From NCBI GenBank assembly GCA_964035575.1, contig OZ037843.1, positions 248,001 to 312,000 of the forward strand: 64,000 bases of DNA, given 5' to 3'. The notes under the pieces are model-generated. The model saw only the letters and a program-made list of their open reading frames with translations. It was not told where the DNA came from and searched no databases. The DNA is from Rhynchopus sp. YZ270_cl-10. Lineage: Eukaryota. How positions within the stretch are numbered: position 1 is the first letter of the stretch; each line of letters opens with the position of its first letter. Positions 25,633 through 36,799 of the stretch are shown here, one piece after another. The position numbers and the translations under genes were made by a program.

Positions 25633-26450
25633 AAACAAGTAATTGCTATCGGAAAAAAAACGGCGTGTGCTGTGGAACTCCACCCTGTAGAAGTAACCTA
25701 CAACACACCCAGCACTCTGCTCTTCTGCAGGTATGATAACGCTCTTCGTACGCTGCCAGACCCACTGGGACGCCAGCATCTGAAATGTTCAAGAAGGGGG
25801 GCTGTCCTCTTCATCCAGCACCATCTGATCGATAGCGTTGTTGGACGTAGTCTCGGCAGGCTCGGCGTGTTCCAGCTCATTTTTGTCCACAGGGTCCCAC
25901 GCAGTGTCGTCGTCGTTGGAGCAGTGCGGAAGAAGCACAGAATGCACAGACTACAACACGTCGATCACACCAGGCACAGCAGCACCTCCAGCAAATCGCT
26001 TGGATGCTACGGTGCTTTCGAAAATCACGCGGGGTTTTCCACAGCACACCCCGTTTTTTTCTTAGCAATTAGTTGTTCTTGTTGTTATTGTAATTTTCAA
26101 CCACCTTCCTTCAACCCTTGTAGGATCAGTTCATATTTTTTTTCGCGAAAACTTGAAATTACACATTTCAAGAGAACAAATTAAAAGGGGTCCTTATTTG
26201 CATTTTTGGGCTCCGCCCGTGCAGTGGTGGGGTCAATCTCGAAAATTGGACAATTTTTTGACCACTTAAATTTTGAGAAATATGAGCCCGGTTGCTTATA
26301 CGTGGGGCCCATTTTCGGCTAAAATTTTCCTCAAAATCTGGTTTTGTAAAATTGACCCTTTACTCCCCCCCCACATCGATTTCAATACTATACCTTACTT
26401 CACCTACGGTTGCCCTTACAGGGGGGGTGAAGGAAGGTAAGTTGAAAACG
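25633..26450 (-). mobile_element. Helitron-like Rep fragment repeat (copy 2)
   Basis: Homologous to 590-1263. Translates RRALSYLQKSRVLG and VVGYFYRVEF. Confidence 0.65.
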
Positions 26451-26453
26451 GGC

Positions 26454-26882
26454 TCACAAAATTTCAATCAAAATCACAACTTTTCACAACTATTCACAAC
26501 TTTTCACAACTTTTCACAAAGTTTCGCAAAATTTCAATCAAAATCACAACTATTCGCAACTTTTCACAATTTTCAATCAAAATCACAACTTTTCACAACT
26601 TTTCACAACTATTCACAACTTTTCACAACTTTTCACAAAGTTTCGCAAAATTTCAATCAAAATCACAACTATTCGCAACTTTTCACAATTTTCAATCAAA
26701 ATCACAACTTTTCACAACTTTTCACAACTTTTCACAACATATAGTTGTGAAAAGTTGTGAAACGTTGTGAAAAGTTGTGAAAAGTTGTGCAAAGCTGTGA
26801 AACGTTGTGACACGTTGTGACACGTTGTGCATAGGATTGAAATTGTGTGATATTTTGTGAAAATTTGTGAAACTTTGTGAAA
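26454..26882. repeat. 10-mer TTTTCACAAC array that inverts orientation at about 26741
   Basis: TTCACAACTT units run to 26738, then GTTGTGAAAA units follow. A smaller array with the same design lies at 23690-23832. Confidence 0.9.
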
Positions 26883-27923
26883 CGCCGCCCCCCGGATAGC
26901 ACCACCGGCTGATACTATTTTGAAAAAACAGAAAAAAAGATGACATTGAAGATGCAAACGTCGCCAGGACGCAGGCACCAACAAACGCCTGAGAAGGTGT
27001 TTACGTTTTGGGTACGGGGCGGAGAATGAGAATAAAATCTGTTCAATAAACACGACCTTATTGTTTTATCTTCTTGTTCATTTTTTTGTGGGCTGTTTGT
27101 ATTTTAAAAAATTTGCTTCTTTCTCAAGAATAACAAACAGAAGCGAGGAAACAGCCGCCTGGAAAATGAGTTGTTCCCCTACATAAAAAATAACAGACAC
27201 AGGTTTTAAACTCCGATGGAGGGGGGCACCAAATGAAAAAGTGAAGTTCCAGCACCCACTGCATTCATATTTTTGTGGTGCCTCCCTCCTGCGAAGCGCG
27301 AGCAAAAAACAAAGTTTAAAAAAGGGATGGGATACGTGTGGGTGGGTGAAGCAGATAAACTCTAGTAACAGAATTGCAATTGTATAGAGACCACAAAAGC
27401 AAAAGGCTGCACAGTACAACGTGTCAAGGGAAAATAAACAACGCAGATGCGAAACAAGGTTTTCCGTTCAGCACTCTGCGAATTTGTCCTGAAGTGAGTG
27501 GGGGTTGGTAACGGGACACATCGAAGTGGTATACAGGCTGTTTTTTGTTCTCTTTCAATTGAAAGCTTCGGTTTTTCTTGTCACTCTGCAAAAAAAGCAC
27601 ATAACGTTGGATTGGGTTTCTTTTCGTTAATTCTTAGGGACAAGACTCTTGTGGGGGTGGGAATGGGAATTAAATAACACAAACCGGTTCCCTGCATTTT
27701 TCGGTATCGAAATCCTGAAAATACAAGGAGGAAAGTGTGTGGTGTCCATGACAGTTGCTCCCAGAGAACAAATGTATGGTTCTTTTAGCATCAAATCCTA
27801 CTTCGATTGTTCTTGTTTTTTGCTGTTTGACTCGAACTTTGAGGTGGGAAATTGATACTAAGCAAAAGAACTGCTAGTGGGAGTGGGACAGGGTCGTGAA
27901 AGGTATGAGCAGAAATTTATGTA

Positions 27924-28513
27924 CAGTGTGTCTCAGAATTAATGGCACCTGAGGATATTTTTTTGTAAAATCGGCAAAATTTGACAAGGTACATGGTATT
28001 TTCACCAGGTTGTGCCTAAAATGTGTGCGGGGGGGCAAGGAGCCCCATCCTGCTGAAGGAAGTAGCTGCTGTCAGGAAGGAGTTCTTTTATTTCTTTCAG
28101 GGCTTTCTGCAATAGCCCCTTGTACTTCTCAGAAGTAAGTGACCCCTCGTAAACATAGAGTTGTGTCTTAGCTCTAGTTGTGATCACCCCATATGTGAAC
28201 CTTCTGGGTAGCCCTAACCTTACTAACGGGTGGAGGCGGCTCGTCACCCTCTGCAAGCCAGACAACATCATTTTTTTACTAACCTGGGGGAAGGCCAAAA
28301 GTCCTTCTCATTGGTGAATATCACCTTTGACCAGTGCATGTTTTGGTGTGCCTTTGCAAAGGCACACCAAAACACTTCAGCATTAAATTATCACTTTTCT
28401 CGTATTCCTGGATGTAAATTGTATGTTCTGAGGGGTTTTGAAAATGTGTTTGTCAAATTTTGCCCTTTTTAAAAAAAAATGTGGTCAAGTGCCATTAATT
28501 CTGCGATACACTG
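27924..28513 (-). mobile_element. Internally deleted Tc1/mariner element (590 bp)
   Basis: Imperfect TIR CAGTGT(G/A)TC(T/G)CAGAATTAATGGCAC and TA TSD. Empty site tatgTAttcaag near 20143. Transposase remnants MHWSKVIFTNEKDF and YGVIT...YFLQQDGAPC. Confidence 0.93.
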
Positions 28514-28547
28514 TATTCAAGGAATGAGGAAGCAGGTTCATCAGTGA

Positions 28548-31500
28548 TCAGGAGCAAGCTTTTTCAACATGAGCAAGCTTTGTCAACATGCTGATGACAC
28601 TCTCCACCCCCACCTTCCCCATCGGAGGCCTGCCCTCTGGGGACATCTTGGTCATGCGCTCGATGAGAGAAACGAAGTCGTCTGGGACGCCAGGCACCTC
28701 CCTGACTCTGTCCATAGGAAGGGGCTCCATATTAGTGGCAACCTCTTTTATCAGGCCCCGCAGACCCTTGCACCACTCTCTGGGAGTGCGGCCGTCGACC
28801 ATCCTCCACGCAGTGCAGCCCAATGAGTAGACGTCGCATAATGTGCTGATGGATTCGTCCATCACCTCAGGTGCCATGTATCCGTATGTTCCTGACGAAG
28901 TCCCCTGCTCAGCTATGCTGCCTTGGCACGTCTGTGCAAGGCCAAGGTCGATCAACTTCACCACCCCCTGCATGTCGATCATGATGTTTGCGGGCTTCAC
29001 GTCTTTGTGGATGAATTTACGACTGTGCATGTAGTGCAGTCCGGTGGCCGCACCCAACAGTACGTTGAACACCGTCTCCCACGGAAGCGAGGGCATGTCC
29101 TCCCACTCCTTAATCAGAGACTCGACGTCCTGCTTCAGCAGATCCATCACAAGATAGAGCTTCCCCTCCCTTTCGCAGTAGTGCTGGCCGTAGCAGCGCG
29201 CCACATTCGGGTGGGAAAGGGCAGAGAGTGCCTTGACCTCACGTTCGCATGCATCCTTCGAGATGGTCTGCACCTTGACAGCAACCTTCGCCGTCCCGTA
29301 CTTCCCTTTGTACACGTCACCGAAGCCGCCGCCTCCTATCCTGTTAGCTAGTGCTGTGTCCACCTCGAAGTCGTGCCTGCCCAGCACCTCGATTGTGGCG
29401 GTGGCGGTGGCGGGCTGAGGCGGGGCAGAGGGGACGGGGGCTGCGCCTGCCCCACCTGCGGAGCCCCCGCTTGCGCGAGCCTCGCCTGCGATCGGCAAAC
29501 GGGTCGTCGTTGCACCGACCACTGCATCAACCGCTTCAATGTTTGCATGATTCTCGAGCAATAGTTTGATGTCTAAGTGTCCCTTGGCGCAAGCAATATG
29601 AAGTGGCGTGCGGTTCTTGCTGGTTGTCGCTTCAATGTTTGCATGGTTCTCGAGCAATAGTTTGCATATGTCTAAGTGTCCATTGTCGCAAGCATGATGA
29701 AGTGGCGTGACTTTGTCTTTGGTTGTCGCTTCAATGTTTGCACGGTTCTCGAGCAACAGTTTGCATATGTCTAAGTGTCCAATGCCGCAAGCAAAATGAA
29801 GTGGCGTGCGGTTCTTGCTGTCTGTCGCTTCAATGTTTGCACGGTTCTCGAGCAACAGTTTGCATATGTCGAAGTGTCCAAAGAGGCAAGCAAAATGAAG
29901 TGGCGTGTCTTTGTCGCTGTCTGTCGCTTCAATGTTTGCACGGTTCTCGAGCAATAGTTTGCATACGTCTAAGTGTCCCTTGGCGCAAGCATGATGAAGT
30001 GGCGTGAATTTGTCGCTGTCACAGCAATTAACATCCGCCTCGTATTTGATGCACAGTGCCAAGCAATTGACAAACCCTCGTTTTGCATAATGGATCAGAG
30101 CTGTCTCGTTCTGCTTCTTCGCATTTCTGTCGACACCAAGCTTCAAAGCTGCCTCCATTTTGCCAACATCGGAACTGAACAGAGCATTTTCCAGTATCCC
30201 TTTGTTGTCCTTCTTGAGCCAGAGGAAGTGTTGTGCATGCTCAGGATTGCTCATGTCATCCGTGGCGGGCACAGGCGGGGCAGAGGGGACGGGGGCTGCG
30301 CCTGCCGCACCTGCGGAGCCCCCGCTTGCGGGAGGACGGGTGACCACTTGGATGTCAGCACAAGTCTGGGACAGTCTGTATATGTACGCGTCATCCCCAT
30401 CCCACTTGACCTCAACCTCTCCGTTGGACATCTCGATCACCGTTCCCATACCGCCTTTGTCCTGGTTTCCCCACTTCCAGTGGAACGGGTTCCGCATCAC
30501 TCTTGACCCGACCTTCACAGCCTTCATCACTTCGAATGTGTTCTTTTCTCCGTATTTGTAGCTGTAAGAATTCCCATTGGACCACCGAACGGCTGCACGT
30601 CCGTCGGAAACCTCTTCCACCGTTCCCTCCGTCAGGGTTCCACCCTTGTCACCCCACCTCCACACACCTGGGTGCGGGATGACTGTGTCGCCTACCTTGA
30701 GCTCGTCAGCCAAAGAAGCCTGACCACGCTTTGTTACGCAGCAGTTCATCGGCACCAGGTGCGTCTTGTCGCTGTCGCTTCCTGTCAACTGGACACATGT
30801 GTGGGTGTCATCGACAGCTGTGACTACACCAACGAAACCCGTCGGGAGTTTCCCCAAACCCCGCCCAATGGAAGTTGCCGCCACCCAGACCTCGTCGTCC
30901 ATGACTCTTCCTATGCTCCCAAGAACAGGGTTTGCGGGTGTGTCTGCGACAGACACCTTCTGGCTTGAGTGTGTCAACACTGCCTTGAAGTAGTAGATGC
31001 CATACACACGCTCTTCTGGTCCAATATATGTGTGACTCCCGTTCCTGCTGTGGAAGCATACGAGAAGTGAGTCGCGCAGGATAAGCGTAAGACGGTCGCC
31101 CTTCCGCAGTCTGTCGATTTTGGTCTGGTAGGTCGCCTCCCGTGTAGGGGTGTTCATGAAGTTGAACATGCGTGAAGGCGCATTTGGGTCCCTGTTCTTC
31201 ACACCGAAGTGCGCCCTGTGGTCGAAGTCCGACTCCATGACGAACACAATTTCGTGGCAATTCCCCCCAAGGCTGATCCTCCACTCACGCAGACCCTGGC
31301 GCACCTCATGCTGGCGCATCGCTTCCTTCGCAGACACACCCATCGCAAAGCAGTTCCCCTTCTCAAGGCTCTCCCCACCCTCAATAGCCCCAGCCAGCAT
31401 CTCAGCCACACCCTCAGGTGCATTGCAGACACCATGTCCCTCCAAGTCCAGACTCCGCATCATCAAGTGTCCCAACCATTCGGGGAGGGTAAAGCCCACC

Positions 31501-32622
31501 TCCGCCTTCGGGTCGCTGAAGGTGTTGAAGTCGGCAGCATGTTTGAATATGTTCTCGTCTGCCTTCAGCTTTGCTTCGGCAAAAGCGTTTGCAAGGTTGG
31601 GTTGGAGCATGTTGAGAGGACGGAGGGTGACGAATGTGGAGGACTTAACAGCAGGGGCGACCTCCGTGTGGACAAATAAGTCTGCGTTGTGCACGTCACG
31701 CAGGCAAAGCCCCATGCATGCAGCTGTGACACAAAGGTCTGAACAGTCACGGATGAAGAGAGACCCTGAGCACGGTCCAAGGATAAATTCGCAGTTTGTG
31801 CAGTAGTCAATCATAATCGACTCGCACGATCCAATCACAACAACGCGAGAGTCGTGCAGCTGCTCCAGTTGAACCTGTGATGCATTTATTTAGGTTTTTG
31901 TTTATTTTGATTGTGTTTATCCAGAACCATCATACCTGCTGGTCACGCTTCAGCTCCGACTCCCCAATCACAACTGTCTTCCCTCTGAAGTAGCTTGCGC
32001 TCGTCGCAGTCACCTCTGATTTTTCCCATTTTACCTTCGGAACGAGCGCCTCACCAGCCACATCCCATGGCCCGCGTGCGTTCACTCCTGCAAGCGCTTC
32101 TTGCCGTGCACGTTGGAACACAGCCTCACCAGTGGGCTTTGCGGGCACGGGTACAGACGTCTCCTCTGCCGCTGCCTCCTCGGGCTCCTCCTTCTTGCAC
32201 TGCACCTCACGGATGATGACACGCGCCTCACTGATCCTCCACGTGTCGTGTGTGTGTGTGTCAAGGTCGCAGCGAATGCACATGTTGAAGTCGTCGCAGG
32301 TCGCACACTTGAATCTCGTTCCAATGTTTTCCTCGAAGCATCCGTCGCACACAACTCCCTGATGTGTTCCCCTTTCAAACGGTGTTGTCGTCACAAAAGA
32401 AGAAGGCGTATTGGAGCTGCACGACATCACACCCCCGTTCAGACGGGACGATGCGTCAACTGCTTTCATTTCCCAGTTCTCGCCAGGCCTGCGCACGAAT
32501 GTTCTCGCGTCCTCCCCATCTATGAACCGAGCGGATCTGCTTGTGGTGGTGCCAGCAAGCCCCGCATTCAACTCGAGAAGTGCAAAAAGATATCCCAATT
32601 CTTCGGCGCTTACGATGTCCAT
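28548..32622 (-). CDS. Multidomain kinase: ZZ finger - TBCC/RP2-like - 2x Mib-HERC2-like - ankyrin (about 6) - non-RD kinase; two exons, about 1337 aa
   Basis: ORFs 31930-32622 and 28548-31838 join in frame when the GT-AG intron 31875-31935 is removed, restoring KRDQQ|VQLEQLHDSRVVVIGSCESIMIDYCTNCEFILGPCSGSLFIRDC (cofactor-C/RP2-like). Other domains recognised by motif. Confidence 0.88.
31875..31935 (-). other. 61 nt spliceosomal GT-AG intron
   Basis: CAG|GTATGA ... CCTAAAT ... TCACAG|GTT. It is an AT-rich island inside GC-rich coding DNA, and removing it restores frame and domain continuity. Confidence 0.88.
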
Positions 32623-33872
32623 AGTGGAACGAGTGGTGAGTCTAGAGACCTGTTGTGTGAAAAGACTGCTGAATTGAAGAACTGAGACGTGGAGAACGAA
32701 GCGGTGTTGTAACAGTTTCAGCCTGACTCCTTGCTGTTTCTGTCACAGCAGGACACTCAACACGCTGTGCAAGGAGTGCGCTACAATCCAGAAAATGGCC
32801 TCACCTATTAGTGACCGGGCCCGTATTGTCCAACATTAGTGGTCAAAAGAGAGTTACGTTCTTTTTTAGTTCTTTTTGACGTGCACCTCATTGCACCCCG
32901 TACGTAGACGTGATGCTATTCGTAGCATACTGGAGCGTGCTTCTTGCATGCAGAAGTGCATCCGGTGTGCCGGTCGAACACATTTTGCCATACAAAAGAA
33001 GTTTGTTCGCAAAAAGAGTATTTCAAGATGCATTCAATAAATTGAAAGCAAAAAGGGATCAACACAAATGGCGCTATCTTCTCTTTGCCCCACAACAGCA
33101 AAAGGCTGCACAACATAACGTTTGAAGGGAAAATAAACAACACAGATGCGAAACAAGGTTTTTCGTTCAGCACTCTGCGAATTTGTCCTGAAGTGAGTGG
33201 GGGTTGGTAACGGGACACATCGAAGTGGTATACAGGCTGTTTTTTGTTCTCTTTCAATTGAAAGCTTCGGTTTTTCTTGTCACTCTGCAAAAAAAGTACA
33301 CAACGTTGCATTGGGTTTCTTTTCGGTAATTCTTAGTGGGAATGGGAATTAATACTAATCCGTATTCGGGTGTATTCAGATCATATTCGGATCCGAATAT
33401 AGGGCGAATACGAATTCGCCTGGGCGGGCTATGCGATGATTCAATCGCTCAAAAGTGAAGCAGTGCCGAACACAATAAAGAGAAAAAGCCATACTGCGGG
33501 ACGGACTGCAACGTTATCTGATAACATAAAGCCGCCTACAGTGTGAAAAGATGTTCATATGCAGTACCCAGACAACTTCGGACAGGTGATCAAATGAGTG
33601 TGGGGGATTTTGGGGAAGTATGGTGACATGTTTGGTAGCCGAACATATTTGGGGTACTGGACTGCAACCCAGTATTTCTTGAAAAATACTATTTTGAAAA
33701 AACAGAAAAAAAAGCTGACATTGAAGATGCAAACGTCGCCAGGACGCAGGCACCAACAAACGCCTGAGAAGGTGTTTACGTTTGGGTACGGGGCCGAGAA
33801 TGAGAATAAAATCTGTTCAATAAAATAAACACGACCTTATTGTTTTATCTTGTTCATATTTTTGTGCTGTCA

Positions 33873-34083
33873 CACGGCATCCATAAGCCCTTAGAGGACA
33901 AGATGCGCTACGATATGGAGGACCACAAAGGCATGGGCAGGGGCTAGATTCGATGTACAACAATGTCCTCTCCATGCCGGTAAATGGCACACCTGCAGGC
34001 AGAAATTAAGCCCTTAATGTTAGCGCATCACAAAATAAAGGGGTGGTGCTCATATCCCTTAGTAAGGGCTGGCGGATGCCGTG
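33873..34083. mobile_element. MITE-like insert (about 210 bp) carrying a coding-like fragment
   Basis: Imperfect TIR CACGGCATCC...AGCCCTT / AAGGGCT...GGATGCCGTG. Absent from the paralogous region near 27090. The interior resembles 24615-24730 inverted. Confidence 0.6.
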
Positions 34084-35273
34084 CTGCTGTTATAAAAATA
34101 AATTTGTTTCTTGGATAAAACCCTGAATTGTTTCTTTCTCAAGAATAACAAACAGAAGGGAGGAAACAGCCGCCTGGAAAATGAGTTGTTCCCCTAGCTA
34201 AAAAATAACAGACACAAATTTTAAACTCCGATGGAGGGGGGGCACCAAATGAAAAAGTGAAGTTCCAGCACCCACTGCATTCATATTTTTGTTGTACACA
34301 ACACACGTAGCAGTACGCGTACGGTTGTTAGGAAATAATACAGACCGAAATGTTTGGGCGGCTTCGGTTCGAATGATTGGAATTGTGTGTGTAGTTCAGA
34401 CATAACTACTGGCTCTTCTATCCTGTTCTTTACTCATTGTTTTCCTTTCATTGCCCTTTGCTTGGGGGATGCGTCCAATGAAAATCACGTCGTTTAGAAG
34501 AGCTCAAGAATGTAGGTTTTATTATTTTGGTGCCTCCCTCCTGCGAAGCGCGAGCAATAAATAAAGTTTAAAAAGGGGATGGGATACGTGTGGGTGGGTG
34601 AAGCAGATAAACTCTAGTAACAGAATTACTATTGTATAGAGACCACAAAAGCAAAGGCTGCACAGTATAACGTGTCAAGGGAAAATAAACAACGCAGATG
34701 CGAAACAAGGTTTTCCGTTCAGCACTCTGCGAATTTGTCCTGAAGTGAGTGGGGGTTGGTAACGGGACACATCGAAGTGGTATACAGGCTGTTTTTTGTT
34801 CTCTTTCAATTGAAAGCTTCGGTTTTTCTTGTCACTCTGCAAAAAAAGTACATAACGTTGGATTGGGCTTCTTTTCGTTAATTCTTAGGGACTCAACTCT
34901 TGTGGGGGTGGGAATGGGAATTAAATAACACAAACCTGGTGTTACCGTACACCTGTCAAGGACATGTCAAGGACATGTCAAGGACCTGTCAAGGACCTGT
35001 CAAAATAGGGGGGGTGTGTCATTTTATAATTTGGTTATACAGTGGATTTTTTCCCCACAGTACTGTACTGTGTACTGTGTACTTCAGATAGTTTTGGACA
35101 CACATGTGACCCCACCGTGGAGAGCAATCGGCTCGCGCAATCAAAAGAAAGCAGAGAAAAGGGAAAATATAAAAGAAACAAGTTGGGTACCGTGCGCCTG
35201 CGGCGCTACCTGTTCCCTACCCCCCCATGATGTACTTATGTATATTCCACCTGATTTTGACCATGTTTGCCGG

Positions 35274-35880
35274 TGTGTACTGTGTACTGTGTACTGTGTA
35301 CTGGTGTACTGTGTACTGTGTACTGTGTACTGTGTACTGTGTACTGTGTACTGGTGTACTGTGTACTGTGTACTGTGTACTGTGTACTGTGTACTGTGTA
35401 CTGTGTACTGTGTACTGTGTACTGGTGTACTGTGTACTGTGTACTGTGTACTGTGTACTGTGTACTGTGTACTGTGTACTGTGTACTGTGTACTGTGTAC
35501 TGTGTACTGTGTACTGTGTACTGGTGTACTGTGTACTGTGTACTGTGTACTGTGTACTGTGTACTGTGTACTGTGTACTGTGTACTGTGTACTGTGTACT
35601 GTGTACTGTGTACTGGTGTACTGTGTACTGTGTACTGTGTACTGTGTACTGTGTACTGTGTACTGTGTACTGTGTACTGTGTACTGTGTACTGTGTACTG
35701 TGTACTGTGTACTGTGTACTGTGTACTGTGTACTGTGTACTGTGTACTGTGTACTGTGTACTGTGTACTGTGTACTGTGTACTGTGTACTGTGTACTGTG
35801 TACTGTGTACTGTGTACTGTGTACTGTGTACTGTGTACTGTGTACTGTGTACTGTGTACTGTGTACTGTGTACTGTGTAC
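35274..35880. repeat. (TGTGTAC)n heptamer satellite with occasional TGGTGTAC variants
   Basis: Directly visible, about 600 bp. Confidence 0.98.
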
Positions 35881-36151
35881 GAAGGAAGAGGTCAACGCCC
35901 TACGTTGGCGCTGTGTCGAACCCCTCGCGCAGCTCCTTGTCCTGTAGGCAGAACGCTCGGATCCTGTCCTGCGTCCGCCTGTTGCTGGCCAGCGTCACCA
36001 CTCAATCAAAGTGTTCCTTCGTTACAGAATCGTACGTCGCATCGCTGCTGATGTGACAGGTGAGCTATTGGCCACGTACCGCCCCCACGTAGGCTTATGA
36101 TGTCCTCGACCATTCCCCAAACCCTTCCTCAACTGATACAGGGACGGCTGT

Positions 36152-36361
36152 TATGGTACTATGGTACTATGGTACTATGGTACTATGGTACTATGGTACT
36201 ATGGTACTATGGTACTATGGTACTATGGTACTATGGTACTATGGTACTATGGTACTATGGTACTATGGTACTATGGTACTATGGTACTATGGTACTATGG
36301 TACTATGGTACTATGGTACTATGGTACTATGGTACTATGGTACTATGGTACTATGGTACTA
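36152..36361. repeat. (TATGGTAC)n octamer satellite
   Basis: Directly visible, about 26 units. Confidence 0.98.
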
Positions 36362-36799
36362 CCTATGATGCCTACATAGCCCAGAAGATGGCTATTTCCA
36401 GACTTCGGCCGGTTTTGAGCACTGCCCCTTCCTTAGTGGGTGATTTTCCCGGGCAAAAAAAAACCCCACTATAAAGCAAATTATAAAATGACACCCCCCA
36501 CTGTCGGGGACATGTCAAGGACCTGTCAAGGACCTGTTTCGGTTTCTTTTCGTTAATTCTTAGGGACACAACTCTTGTGGGGGTGGGAATGGGGATTAAA
36601 TAACACAAACCGGTTCCCTGCATTTTTCGGTATTAAAATCCTGAAAATACAAGGGGGAAAGTGTGTGTTGTCCATGACAGTTGCTCCCAGAGAACAAATG
36701 TATGGTTCTTTTAGCATCAATTCCTACTTCGATTGTTCTTGTTTTTTGCTGTTTGACTCGAACTTTGAGGCGGGAAATTGATACTGAGCAAAAGAACTG

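Larger units (their letters stand above)
23555..26911. mobile_element. Composite foldback/Mutator-like insertion (about 3.36 kb)
   Basis: Flanked by the direct repeat ATACTATTTT (23545-23554 and 26912-26921). The empty site is visible at 33686-33695. Inverted GGTGCTATCCGGGGGGCGGCGTTTCACAAA at about 23669 and 26875-26903, with TTTTCACAAC tandem arrays just inside both. Confidence 0.8.
34937..36540. mobile_element. Nested insertion containing two GTAC microsatellites
   Basis: Bracketed by a roughly 70 bp duplication of host sequence (34866-34936 and 36541-36611), then TGTCAAGGAC(A/C) tandem repeats on both sides, then roughly 45 bp inverted repeats (about 35008-35052 and 36455-36500). Confidence 0.75.

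Noticed and set aside
35274..36361. Interstitial telomeric repeats
   Set aside because: The units lack the TTAGGG-type G-run pattern and sit inside an IR-bounded insert.
35016..36474. Long ORFs with CTVYCVL and WYYGTMVL repeats
   Set aside because: They are translations of 7-mer and 8-mer satellites that happen to lack stop codons.
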